DNA of 64,000 nucleotides from a bacterium. GTDB lineage: Bacteria > Verrucomicrobiota > Verrucomicrobiia > Limisphaerales > J093. The DNA is taken from the NCBI GenBank assembly GCA_021823625.1, contig JAKANS010000003.1:5782-69781 (forward strand), read 5' to 3'. A program made the position numbers and the translations under genes. Under the pieces are notes generated by a model, which was given only the letters and a program-made list of their open reading frames with translations, made no database searches and had not been told where the DNA came from. The first letter of the stretch is position 1. Every line of letters begins with the position of its first letter. Shown in pieces: positions 38,020 to 46,613 of this stretch.

Positions 38020-39384
38020 ATGCCACTCCTTTTCCACAGCACCAACGGCCAATCCCCCGACGTCAACCTGCGCGACGCGCTCCTGATCGGCCAGGCGCCG
38101 GACCGCGGCCTTTACCTGCCGCGCGAGTTCCCGAAGCTCACGCACCACGACCTCGCCGGCTTCGCCAAGCTGCCGTACCACGCCATCGCCTTCGAAGTGC
38201 TCCGGCGCTTCACCGGAGGCATCATCGACGACGAGGCGCTGGAAGAACTCTGCCGCGACGCCTACGCCTACGCCGTCCCGCTGGAGCCGGTCCGTGGCCT
38301 CGACCGTGTCTGTGTGCTGCGCTTGGACCAAGGGCCGACTTTGTCTTTCAAGGATTTCGCCGCGCGGATGATGGCGCGGTTGATCGGTCGCTTCGTGCGC
38401 GAGAACGGCCAGACCCTTACCATCCTCACCGCCACCAGCGGCGACACCGGTTCCGCCGTGGCCAGTGCGTTCCACGGCGTCGAGGGCATTCGCGCGATCG
38501 TCCTGTTCCCCCTCGGCGAAGTCAGTGCCCGCCAGCGCAAGCAAATGACCACGCTGCGCGAGAATATCCGCACCCTCGCCATCGACGGCAAATTCGACGA
38601 CTGCCAGGCGTTGGTGAGACGCGCCTTCGCCGATCCCGCGCTGAAGCGCATTCCGCTTTCCTCGGCCAATTCGATCAACATCGGCCGGCTCCTGCCGCAA
38701 AGCGTGTACTATTTTTACGCCGCCGCCCGCCTCGCCCAGCCCGGCGAGCCCATCGTCTTCGCTGTCCCCAGCGGCAACTTCGGCGACATGATGGGCGCGA
38801 TCATCGCCGGTCAGATGGGGTTGCCGATCAAACGCCTTGTGGTGCCGGTGAACGGCAACGACGAGTTCCCGCGGTTCCTTGCCACGGGCCGCTACGACAA
38901 GATCGAGCCGTCGCGCGCCTGCCTTTCCAACGCCATGAACGTGGGCCATCCCAGCAACCTCGCCCGGCTTGTGGCGGTTTACGGCGGCCAGATGGACGAA
39001 ACCGGAAGGATCAACTTCGCGCCGGACATGGCCGCGCTGCGGCGCGACCTGTTCTCGACCGGCGTCTCCGACGAACAAACGCGCGCCACGATCCAGCAGG
39101 CCTGGACCGACCACGAGCTCCTGCTCGAACCGCACGGCGCCGTCGGCTGGCGCGGCTTCCTGGATTACGTGCCAACGGAACCGCTGAACGGCTCTCCCGC
39201 GGTTGTGCTGGAAACCGCGCATCCGGCGAAGTTCCCGGAGGAGATCGAGAAGATCCTGGGTTTCACGCCCACCGTGCCGCCCGCCTTGGCCGCGCTGGAC
39301 AAGCTCGCCGAGGACTACGACCGGCTGGCGGTGAATTACGCAGCGTTTCGGGACTACCTGAGCGAACGGCACGCCGCCGGCTGA
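38020..39384 (+). CDS. thrC: Threonine synthase
   Basis: ORF track 454 aa. GPTLSFKDFA (PLP lysine motif), TATSGDTG and overall long-form ThrC organisation. Confidence 0.93.
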   Translation: MPLLFHSTNGQSPDVNLRDALLIGQAPDRGLYLPREFPKLTHHDLAGFAKLPYHAIAFEVLRRFTGGIIDDEALEELCRDAYAYAVPLEPVRGLDRVCVLRLDQGPTLSFKDFAARMMARLIGRFVRENGQTLTILTATSGDTGSAVASAFHGVEGIRAIVLFPLGEVSARQRKQMTTLRENIRTLAIDGKFDDCQALVRRAFADPALKRIPLSSANSINIGRLLPQSVYYFYAAARLAQPGEPIVFAVPSGNFGDMMGAIIAGQMGLPIKRLVVPVNGNDEFPRFLATGRYDKIEPSRACLSNAMNVGHPSNLARLVAVYGGQMDETGRINFAPDMAALRRDLFSTGVSDEQTRATIQQAWTDHELLLEPHGAVGWRGFLDYVPTEPLNGSPAVVLETAHPAKFPEEIEKILGFTPTVPPALAALDKLAEDYDRLAVNYAAFRDYLSERHAAG

Positions 39385-39468
39385 CCGCTCGCGATCGCAC
39401 GCAGCGTGCGGCCAATCGGGCCAGGTTCCCCGACAGGGCCTTGAGAGCGTGTCTGAGAATTCATTTTC

Positions 39469-39612
39469 CGGTGGCTCAGGCGACCCGCCGGACGGAACGG
39501 GAGCCACCGTGCGAGCCAAGGGAGACGGTCTTTTCGCCCGGTGGTGCTCTCCACCGTTCCGGTCGGCGGGTCGCCGACCGGGGCGGGCGAGTCGCCCGCG
39601 CCACCCCTTTTT
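39469..39612 (+). ncRNA. Candidate structured RNA or hairpin cluster ending in a terminator (function unknown)
   Basis: Perfect stems: CGGTGGCTC/GAGCCACCG (39469-39477 with 39501-39509), CGGTGG/CCACCG (39539-39556) and CCGGTCGGCG-GGT-CGCCGACCGG (39559-39581). A 22-nt long-range inverted repeat (39479-39500 with 39554-39575) competes with the first stem. No plausible ORF is present. Confidence 0.25.
39580..39612 (+). terminator. Intrinsic-terminator-like hairpin plus T5
   Basis: GGG-GCGGGCG-AGT-CGCCCGC-(GCCA bulge)-CCC followed directly by TTTTT (39608-39612). Confidence 0.4.
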
Positions 39613-39814
39613 CAGACAGGCCCTGATGAGTTTTCCACTCAGCGCCACCGCTGGGCCGAATTGCGGAAACAGCCACGCAAGCTCACCCCCTGCCCGACCC
39701 ACAAACCCGGGAGGGCCGAGCTGCGACTCGGCCGAAATGGCCCGGTGCTGGCACAGCCGCGCTCTACCGGGTTGGTGGCAGGGTACCCGCTCAGGGCGGG
39801 CGAGGGAGTTCGAA

Positions 39815-40246
39815 TCACTGTGAATGCGAATGAGTGTCAATCCCGCCCGCGCTCGCTGGCGGTTCCGGCTCGCCCGGGAAAAACAGGTCGTCCTCGGCGA
39901 TGTCCGGGATGCCGATGACGAGCACCTTTACGCGACCCTGGGCGCTGTGGACGACGCCGGGTGGAATGTGCCCCACGCTGCCTTGGCGTACCGGGTGTTC
40001 CATCCCGTCGAGTGTCACCGTTCCTTCGCCTGCGAGGACGTAGTACAGCTCGGTGCTGCGGCGGTGGTAATGCGCACGCGAGCCGTCGATGTCCACCACG
40101 TGGGCCCACGCCGCCAGGCCGCGGGCCTGGTCTTGCCGGCTGAGCAGAAGGTGCCGCCAGCCGCAAGTGCTGCGCTCTTTGGGCGCATCGGCTTCGTGTC
40201 GGACCAGCGTGGCCAGGCGGGAAGAGTCGTTCGGTGACGATGCCAT
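39815..40246 (-). CDS. Cupin-domain protein
   Basis: ATG at 40246 within ORF 39815-40387. HYHRRSTELYYVLAGEGTVTLDG....G.V..IPPGVVH matches the cupin motif pair. Confidence 0.78.
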   Translation of the reverse strand: MASSPNDSSRLATLVRHEADAPKERSTCGWRHLLLSRQDQARGLAAWAHVVDIDGSRAHYHRRSTELYYVLAGEGTVTLDGMEHPVRQGSVGHIPPGVVHSAQGRVKVLVIGIPDIAEDDLFFPGEPEPPASAGGIDTHSHSQ

Positions 40247-40353
40247 GCCGCGGCTTATGGCCGGTTGGTCAGTTTCCGGCAAGGCGGAAAAATGCGGACG
40301 AACGCAGGCCGGACACCCCTGCTCCGCTCGTCCGGCTTGCCGCGCGCCAACCG

Positions 40354-40387
40354 CAAAAACGCGTTGGCCCGCCTTGCGGCGGGCCAA
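40354..40387 (-). terminator. Intrinsic terminator downstream of the pseudopilin-like gene
   Basis: On the minus strand, TTGGCCCGCC-GCAA-GGCGGGCCAA (10-bp stem, 40364-40387) is followed by CGCGTTTTTGCGG. Confidence 0.65.
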
Positions 40388-40444
40388 GCTACGTAACCCT
40401 GAGAACCTACTTTCGTTTTTTCGGAACCGGACTCGGAAAACTGT

Positions 40445-41296
40445 TCAGTAGGATTGCGTTGTCTTCCGCGGACTCTTGTAGGAGTACCAAACGAGGTCGG
40501 GGTCGCCTTTGGTAGTGTCGACGTTAAGTTGGTAGCTTGAGGCGGTAATCTTCAGCGACTTGATCTTGGGCCCCGTCCACTTGTGAATCTCGGAATGGCC
40601 GTCGGCGAAGGCAAAGCCACAGGCCCCGTTGTGATAGTTCGCCGGAATGTCCACGAAGTGAGTGGAGCTGGTTGGCGGGAAGCACCCAGCGTCATTGATG
40701 CTGTCCGGGTGTTCGTCCACGTACACCCACGTCTCAGTGGGGCCAGGGATCGTCAGGTCCGACGCCTTGGTCGGGTGAGCGTAGATGCCGCCCATGGGGC
40801 CACTCTCGGCGTTGCCCTCACCTACAAGAATATCGCTGGAAACACTGCGCACCCGCTCGGTCCACCCCTTGGCTCGCTGGGGAGCGGCCAGGTACTTGTC
40901 CGCCGGGCACTTGTAGATGTTTTTCGCGTTCGCGAAGTAGGAGGCGAGAACGGCGTACCGGGGATCGATCAGGAAAAGGGTATTGGTATTGTCCGGACTG
41001 GTGGTCCAATCCAGCCAGCCGGTAACCCACGGCCGCTCCTTGGCGTTCACTCCCGGTTGGAAGCCGCCGTGGTAGGAGCCGGGGAACTTATCCAAGTTGT
41101 CGCCTTGGTACATGATGTTGGCCAGCATCAACTGCTTGGTGTTGTTCATGCACAAGATGCCTTGCGCCTTGGCCTTGGCTTTCGCCAGCGCTGGCAACAA
41201 CATGCCGGCCAGGATGGCGATGATGGCGATGACGACCAGCAACTCGATCAGGGTAAACCCCTTCACGGCCGGCCGGGTTGGGCTGAAATGTTTCAT
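40445..41296 (-). CDS. Prepilin-type N-terminal cleavage/methylation domain protein (third paralog)
   Basis: ORF track 283 aa. [37 protein letters not shown] and a C-terminal FADGHSE motif. Confidence 0.88.
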   Translation of the reverse strand: MKHFSPTRPAVKGFTLIELLVVIAIIAILAGMLLPALAKAKAKAQGILCMNNTKQLMLANIMYQGDNLDKFPGSYHGGFQPGVNAKERPWVTGWLDWTTSPDNTNTLFLIDPRYAVLASYFANAKNIYKCPADKYLAAPQRAKGWTERVRSVSSDILVGEGNAESGPMGGIYAHPTKASDLTIPGPTETWVYVDEHPDSINDAGCFPPTSSTHFVDIPANYHNGACGFAFADGHSEIHKWTGPKIKSLKITASSYQLNVDTTKGDPDLVWYSYKSPRKTTQSY

Positions 41297-41539
41297 AGTC
41301 TAAGTCAATATGACGTTGCACAGGCTGGGTACACGCCCGACTTTGATCGTCGCGAACGAACGCGTCAACTGCTTGTTGCGATGCCCGCGCCAGCCCATTC
41401 AAGTCTCAGAGGGAAATTAGCAAGCGCCAGCCAGGCGGGAAGTGTGCGTCTGGCTGCACAGAAACCGCCGCTCGTGGCCCACGCCAACCGGGCCAGGCCG
41501 GCATTGCGCGCAGTGATCCCGTCCGCACTCGCCAAGCCT

Positions 41540-41567
41540 TTGACAGGCGCGACGCGATACTTAGACT
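41540..41567 (+). promoter_or_regulatory. Sigma70-like promoter of aroB
   Basis: TTGACA (41540-41545), 16-nt spacer, TAGACT (41562-41567). The ATG at 41574 lies 6 nt after the -10 element. Confidence 0.45.
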
Positions 41568-41573
41568 CGGGTC

Positions 41574-42659
41574 ATGCGCACAGTAAAAGTGCCGCTCGGC
41601 GCGCGCACCTATTCGATTGTCATCGGTCGCCGCGTCGCGGATCGCCTCGGGCGCGCGTGCGCAAAGCTGGGCTTTGGCCCGCGTTGCGCGGTCGTCACGG
41701 ACGACCACGTGGGTCCGGCACACGCGGCGCGGACGCTGGCGAGCCTCCGCAAAGCGGGCTTCGAGCCGTTGCTGATCACCTTCCCGGCGGGAGAAACCTC
41801 CAAGACGCTGCGCCAGGTTGAGGCGTGCTACAACGAACTGGCCCGGCACCGCCTCGAGCGCCGCTCTTTCCTGGTGGCGTTGGGCGGTGGCGTGGTGGGC
41901 GACCTCACCGGCTTCGTGGCCGCGACTTACCTGCGCGGAATCCCGTTCGTGCAAGTGGCCACGACCTTGCTCGCCCAGGTGGACAGCTCGGTGGGCGGCA
42001 AGACCGGCGTCAATCTCGAAGCCGGCAAGAACCTCGTCGGCGCGTTTTACCAGCCGCGCCTGGTGCTGTGCGACCTCGCCACCTTGGACACCCTTCCGGA
42101 ACGCGAATTCCGGTCCGGCGTGGCGGAGGTCATCAAGTACGGCATCATCCGCGACGCGGCCTTCCTCGACCAGTTGGAGCGCGACCTGGACCGGCTGCTC
42201 GCGCGCGAAGAAGCGGCGCTCGGCGCGGTTGTCGCGCGGTCCTGCGAGATCAAGGCGGACGTGGTGGGCCAGGACGAAACCGAAGGCGGCGTGCGCGCGA
42301 TCCTCAATTTCGGCCACACCATCGGGCACGGCCTGGAGGCGATTTCAGGCTACACCCAATATCTGCACGGCGAGGCCATCGCCATTGGACAGGTGGCGGC
42401 CGCGCGCCTTTCGGAGAAACTGTTGGGCCTGCCCGCCGCCGCCGTGGAGCGCATCCGGGCCTTGTTCGCGCGGGCCGGCCTGCCGACGGCGGTGCGATTG
42501 GCCGCGCCGGAGAAGAAGCGATTGTTCACCGCGATGCGCCTGGACAAGAAAGTCAGCCAGGGCGAAGTTCGATTCGTGCTCGCCGAGAAAATCGGTCAGG
42601 TGCGCTGGGGCCTGCCGGTGGCCGAGAAGCTCGTCTGGGAGACGCTCAGCCACGAATAG
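41574..42659 (+). CDS. aroB: 3-dehydroquinate synthase
   Basis: ORF track 361 aa. GGGVVGDLTGFVAATYLRGI.FVQVATTLLAQVDSSVGGKTGVN and GHT.GHA-like FGHTIGHGLE. Confidence 0.94.
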   Translation: MRTVKVPLGARTYSIVIGRRVADRLGRACAKLGFGPRCAVVTDDHVGPAHAARTLASLRKAGFEPLLITFPAGETSKTLRQVEACYNELARHRLERRSFLVALGGGVVGDLTGFVAATYLRGIPFVQVATTLLAQVDSSVGGKTGVNLEAGKNLVGAFYQPRLVLCDLATLDTLPEREFRSGVAEVIKYGIIRDAAFLDQLERDLDRLLAREEAALGAVVARSCEIKADVVGQDETEGGVRAILNFGHTIGHGLEAISGYTQYLHGEAIAIGQVAAARLSEKLLGLPAAAVERIRALFARAGLPTAVRLAAPEKKRLFTAMRLDKKVSQGEVRFVLAEKIGQVRWGLPVAEKLVWETLSHE

Positions 42660-42686
42660 CGCAATCCGCCAACCCGGCGCCCCGCC

Positions 42687-43331
42687 ATGGCTGTCAGCGA
42701 AACGATCGTCCGCGAGTTCTTCGAGCTGCACGGTTTCTTCGTCCAGCAACGCCGGAAATATGTGACCCCGACCGCGCGCGACGAGGAGGAGATCGATTTC
42801 TTCGTCCTGAATCCGCAACCGCAGGCCGGGCCGGGTGAGCTGCCGTTCGTGCTGGCGGCGCCCGATCTGCCGCGGTTGGCGAGCGCCGTGGTGGTGGTGC
42901 GCGGGTGGCATACCGAGACGTTCAGCCCGTCCCGGCTGGCGAGCATGCCGGAACTGTTCCGGTTTGTGGAACCGGCCATTTTCCAACAGGCCGCCCGGTC
43001 TTTCGGTGGCGCGCTCCAGCCCACGAAAATTCTGATCGTGCCGGCTTTCCCTGCCGGCGAGGACTCGCGCCAGCAAAGCATCGCGTTACTGCGGTCAAAG
43101 GGCGTGGACGCGGCGATTCCGTTTCGCACGCTGCTGGCGGACCTGATCGCGCACGTTGAACCGAACCGGAATTACCAGAAGTCCGACCTGCTCCAGATGC
43201 TGCGGGTGCTGAAGAACTACGATTTCTTTCGCGAACCGCAACTCGAGCTGTTCAAAGCGCGGCGCCGGCGGGCGAAAACGCCACCATCACCGGCCGGCGA
43301 CAGCGCAACCAGCGACCGTCCTTCGGCTTGA
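42687..43331 (+). CDS. Hypothetical protein with no recognised domain
   Basis: ORF track 214 aa. Protein-like composition (MAVSETIVREFFELHGFFVQQRRKYV...LQMLRVLKNYDFFREPQLELF) with a basic C-terminal tail. It starts 27 nt after aroB on the same strand. Confidence 0.6.
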   Translation: MAVSETIVREFFELHGFFVQQRRKYVTPTARDEEEIDFFVLNPQPQAGPGELPFVLAAPDLPRLASAVVVVRGWHTETFSPSRLASMPELFRFVEPAIFQQAARSFGGALQPTKILIVPAFPAGEDSRQQSIALLRSKGVDAAIPFRTLLADLIAHVEPNRNYQKSDLLQMLRVLKNYDFFREPQLELFKARRRRAKTPPSPAGDSATSDRPSA

Positions 43332-43366
43332 CGCCGGCCGCGACGCGGCGTTCTGATCGCCGCGCT

Positions 43367-44629
43367 ATGACTCTCCCTACAAGCCTTGCGCCAAAGGCGG
43401 TTTCCACGGCGTGGACCGGCCCCCGTTGCGGGGTTGTCTGGTTGCTCGGCAGCCTTGCCATCGGCGTCGGTTCGCTCGAAGCCGCAGAGCACCTGCCTTC
43501 AGTCGCTGCCGCGCCCGCCAGTCCGTACCGGCAATGGACCAACGGCCCGTCGGCGGCGCCGGATTTCTTCCCCATCGCGGTCTGGCTGCAGTCGCCGGCG
43601 AACGCCGCGCGCTACCGGCAGGCGGGCTTCAACCTGTACATTGGCCTCTGGCGCGGGCCCACCGAGTCACAGCTCGCGACGCTCAAGGCAGCGGACATGC
43701 GTGTGATCTGCGAGCAAAACGCGGTCGCCTTGCGTCACCTTGACGATCCTACCATCGCCGGCTGGATGCACGGCGACGAACCGGACAACGCGCAGTCGCT
43801 CGGCGAAGGCAAAGGCTACGGCCCGCCCATCCCACCGGCGACGATCATCCGCGACTATGAGCGCCTGCGGGCGAAAGATCCCACGCGCCCCATTTTGCTG
43901 AACCTCGGCCAGGGCGTGGCCTGGGACGACTGGCACGGTCGCGGCGTGCGCACGCGCCACCCGGAGGATTACGCGGAGTACGCCCAAGGCGGTGACATCG
44001 TTTCGTTCGACATCTACCCGGTCGTCCACGACAACCCGGCGGTCAGCAGCAACCTCTGGTTTGTGGCGCGAGGTGTGGACCGGCTCCGGCAGTGGACCCG
44101 CGGCGAAAAGCCGGTTTGGAACTGCATCGAATGCAGCCGCATTTCGCACCCGACCGCCCGGCCCACGCCGCATCAAATCCGGGCCGAAGTCTGGATGTCG
44201 CTCATCCACGGCTCGCGCGGTCTGATCTACTTCGTTCACGAATGGGTGCCGAAGTTCAGCGAATCCGCTCTGCTCAACGACCCTGAGAGGCTCGCGGCCG
44301 TGACCGCCATCAACCGCCAGATTCAGGAATTGGCCCCGCCGCTCAATTCGCCTTCGCAGCCGCAGCGCGTTGCCGTCACGAGCACGAACGCCGAAGTGCC
44401 GGTGGACATCCTGGTCAAAAGCTACGGCCGCGACCTGTTCGTGTTCGCGGTCGCGATGCGGGCCGCTCCAACTGAAGGCCGGTTCGCCCTCCGGGGGGCG
44501 AAAGGCAGCGCATTGGTGGAAGTGCTGGGCGAAAAGCGCACGCTCACGGCGAAGGACGGCACGTTCCAGGACCGCTTCGCGCCTTGGGACGTGCACCTGT
44601 ACCGCCTCCCGACCGGCGCTCCCGAATAG
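43367..44629 (+). CDS. Secreted hypothetical protein, possibly a TIM-barrel glycoside-hydrolase-like protein (weak assignment)
   Basis: ATG at 43367 within ORF 43328-44629, with a signal-like N-terminus. FFPIAVWLQSP..., GWMHGDEPDN and DIVSFDIYP resemble GH42/cellulase-like barrels. Confidence 0.6.
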   Translation: MTLPTSLAPKAVSTAWTGPRCGVVWLLGSLAIGVGSLEAAEHLPSVAAAPASPYRQWTNGPSAAPDFFPIAVWLQSPANAARYRQAGFNLYIGLWRGPTESQLATLKAADMRVICEQNAVALRHLDDPTIAGWMHGDEPDNAQSLGEGKGYGPPIPPATIIRDYERLRAKDPTRPILLNLGQGVAWDDWHGRGVRTRHPEDYAEYAQGGDIVSFDIYPVVHDNPAVSSNLWFVARGVDRLRQWTRGEKPVWNCIECSRISHPTARPTPHQIRAEVWMSLIHGSRGLIYFVHEWVPKFSESALLNDPERLAAVTAINRQIQELAPPLNSPSQPQRVAVTSTNAEVPVDILVKSYGRDLFVFAVAMRAAPTEGRFALRGAKGSALVEVLGEKRTLTAKDGTFQDRFAPWDVHLYRLPTGAPE

Positions 44630-44654
44630 CCGGCCGGCCGGGACCGCCCGGCGA

Positions 44655-44822
44655 TCAAAGCCGGTCCAGGAAATACAGCAGGCACCCGAAGATCGCGGCG
44701 ATGAAGACTCCGAAGAGGATCGCGGCGAGATGGACGCGCCGGCGGTGGCGCTTGTTGCTCCGCCCCATGCCGGGCAGGAGGTAGTAGCGTCGATCTTCGC
44801 GGTGGCGTTTGGAGCCGAACAT
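44655..44822 (-). CDS. Possible 55-aa single-pass membrane protein, below the ORF-track length cut-off
   Basis: My codon-by-codon translation gives MFGSKRHREDRRYYLLPGMGRSNKRHRRRVHLAAILFGVFIAAIFGCLLYFLDRL*. It has a basic N-terminal half and one hydrophobic helix, and it exactly fills the gap between two other genes. Confidence 0.35.
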   Translation of the reverse strand: MFGSKRHREDRRYYLLPGMGRSNKRHRRRVHLAAILFGVFIAAIFGCLLYFLDRL

Positions 44823-44845
44823 GGTCGCTGGTATCTGCGGCCCGG

Positions 44846-46588
44846 ATGCTTAAACAGGCCGGCGGCGACCAGCAATGCTTTTCCCGCCGCGTCTTGGGCG
44901 TGCCTACTTCGCAGTTGAAAGTCTGCTCATGGCTGTCCAACATCCCGCCCGTGCCAAGTCGCAACGCCCCAACGCGTGGCCTGACCGGGACGCAGTGGCT
45001 GATCTGCGTCATCGCCTCGATCGGATTCGCCTTCGACACGTACGAGCTGTTGATGCTGCCGCTGATCATCGGGCCGGCGCTGCAGGAGTTGTTGGGCGCG
45101 GCTCCTGGCTCGCCGGCCTTCCAGATTTGGGCCAGCCGGCTGTTTTACTGGCCGGCGATTTGCGGCGGGGTGTTCGGATTGCTCGGCGGGTACTTGACGG
45201 ACCGGCTGGGCCGGCGGCGGGTGCTGACCTGGAGCATCCTCATTTACGCCGTCGGGGCCTTTTTGAGCGGGTTCAGCACCAGCCCGTGGATGCTGCTGGT
45301 GTTCCGGTGCTTCGTCTTTGTGGGCTTCTGTGTCGAGTTCGTGGCGGCGGTGGCGTGGCTTTCCGAATTGTTCGCCGACGCACCGCAGCGCGAGCGGGTC
45401 ATCGGTTACACACAGGCGTTCGCGTCGATGGGCGGCATTCTAGTCGCCTTCGCGAACGGCTTGTGCGTGAAGCACGCCTTGAACTTGCCGAGCGTGGATT
45501 TGTTCGGCTGGTTCGGCGACGCCATCAAAGACCACCATGCGCCCTGGCGTTACACGCTGATGACCGGTCTGATCCCGGCGCTGCCGCTGATCGTGATCCG
45601 GCCGTTCCTGCCCGAATCGCCGGCCTGGCAGCAGAAACATGCCGCGGGCACGCTCAAGCGGCCGAGCCTGGCCGAGTTGTTCACGCCGGAATTGCGCCGC
45701 ACCACGCTGGTCGCCACCGCGATGGTGGCCATGAGTTACGGCGCGGCACTGGGCGCGATCCAGCACATCCCGCGCATTGTGCCGGGGCTGGCGCAGGTGC
45801 GGGAACAGGCCCAGGCCGCGGGCGCCAAGGCCGCCGCAGGCAAGCCGGCGGACCAGCAAAAGAAACTCGCTGCCGTGGCGGCGCGGCGGGTCGAACAGGG
45901 CGTCGCGGTGAAGGTCACAAAGGTGCAGGAACTGGGCGGGCTTTGGGGGCGCGCCATCATGGCGGCCTTCGCCGCGGGTTTCCTGATGCGGGGCGGAATG
46001 CGCTGGCCGCCGCTGCTGGGCTGGAGCATCGCGGTGGCCTGGCTGTTGATGGAAACGCTGGCCGATTTTGCCGGCACTGGCGGCGAGCATGGGCTGCGGT
46101 TCGCGCTCGCGATTGGCGCCGGGGCGGTGGCGGCGGCGGCGTTGAAGACGCTGGCGCTGGGCCTGGAGCGCCTGGTCAAACCCACCGCCGGCAATCTGAT
46201 CCGCCTGTTCCAGGTGCCGGGAATGGTGGCGTTGAGCGTGACATTCGCCTACGCGGCGGTGACCGGGCTGACAGCGCTGAAGGTCGGCATCTTCCTGACC
46301 GGGCTGTTCACGGTCGCGCAATTCAATTTCTGGGGGAACTACCTGCCGCGCGCATACCCGCTGCACTTGCGCGGCACCGGCGAAAGTTTTGCCGCGAACA
46401 TCGGCGGGCGCTTGATCGGCACCGCCTTCGCCTGGCTGACGATCACGCTGGCGACCACGACCGATCTCGCGCACGCGCCCACCAAGCTGGCATACGTCGC
46501 GGCGGCGGTCGGTTTCGTCGTGTACGCTGTCGGCTTCGCGCTGTCCTTCGCCCTGCCTGAACCCAAGCCCGACCCTGCCGCCGACTGA
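44846..46588 (+). CDS. MFS transporter
   Basis: ORF track 580 aa (start uncertain). GYLTDRLGRRRVL motif and 12 or more hydrophobic segments, with a long central loop. Confidence 0.8.
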   Translation: MLKQAGGDQQCFSRRVLGVPTSQLKVCSWLSNIPPVPSRNAPTRGLTGTQWLICVIASIGFAFDTYELLMLPLIIGPALQELLGAAPGSPAFQIWASRLFYWPAICGGVFGLLGGYLTDRLGRRRVLTWSILIYAVGAFLSGFSTSPWMLLVFRCFVFVGFCVEFVAAVAWLSELFADAPQRERVIGYTQAFASMGGILVAFANGLCVKHALNLPSVDLFGWFGDAIKDHHAPWRYTLMTGLIPALPLIVIRPFLPESPAWQQKHAAGTLKRPSLAELFTPELRRTTLVATAMVAMSYGAALGAIQHIPRIVPGLAQVREQAQAAGAKAAAGKPADQQKKLAAVAARRVEQGVAVKVTKVQELGGLWGRAIMAAFAAGFLMRGGMRWPPLLGWSIAVAWLLMETLADFAGTGGEHGLRFALAIGAGAVAAAALKTLALGLERLVKPTAGNLIRLFQVPGMVALSVTFAYAAVTGLTALKVGIFLTGLFTVAQFNFWGNYLPRAYPLHLRGTGESFAANIGGRLIGTAFAWLTITLATTTDLAHAPTKLAYVAAAVGFVVYAVGFALSFALPEPKPDPAAD

Positions 46589-46613
46589 ACGTATTCTCGC
46601 TCCGGACCAAGCC

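Noticed and set aside
39623-39670. CTGATGAG ... GAAAC, the hammerhead ribozyme core words, in the thrC-cupin spacer.
   Set aside because: The sequence between the two words cannot form a proper stem II closing onto CUGAUGA/GAAA. Only an internal CAGCG-CCAC-CGCUG hairpin forms. An 8-mer match is expected by chance in 128 kb of two-strand sequence.
39749-39763. TGGCAC motif suggesting a sigma-54 promoter.
   Set aside because: There is no TTGC(A/T) element at the required 4-5-nt spacing, and no downstream gene in that orientation.
39803-39820. GGGAGTTCGAATC, resembling a tRNA T-loop.
   Set aside because: The flanking bases cannot form a T-stem or acceptor stem, and the segment overlaps the 3' end of the cupin CDS.
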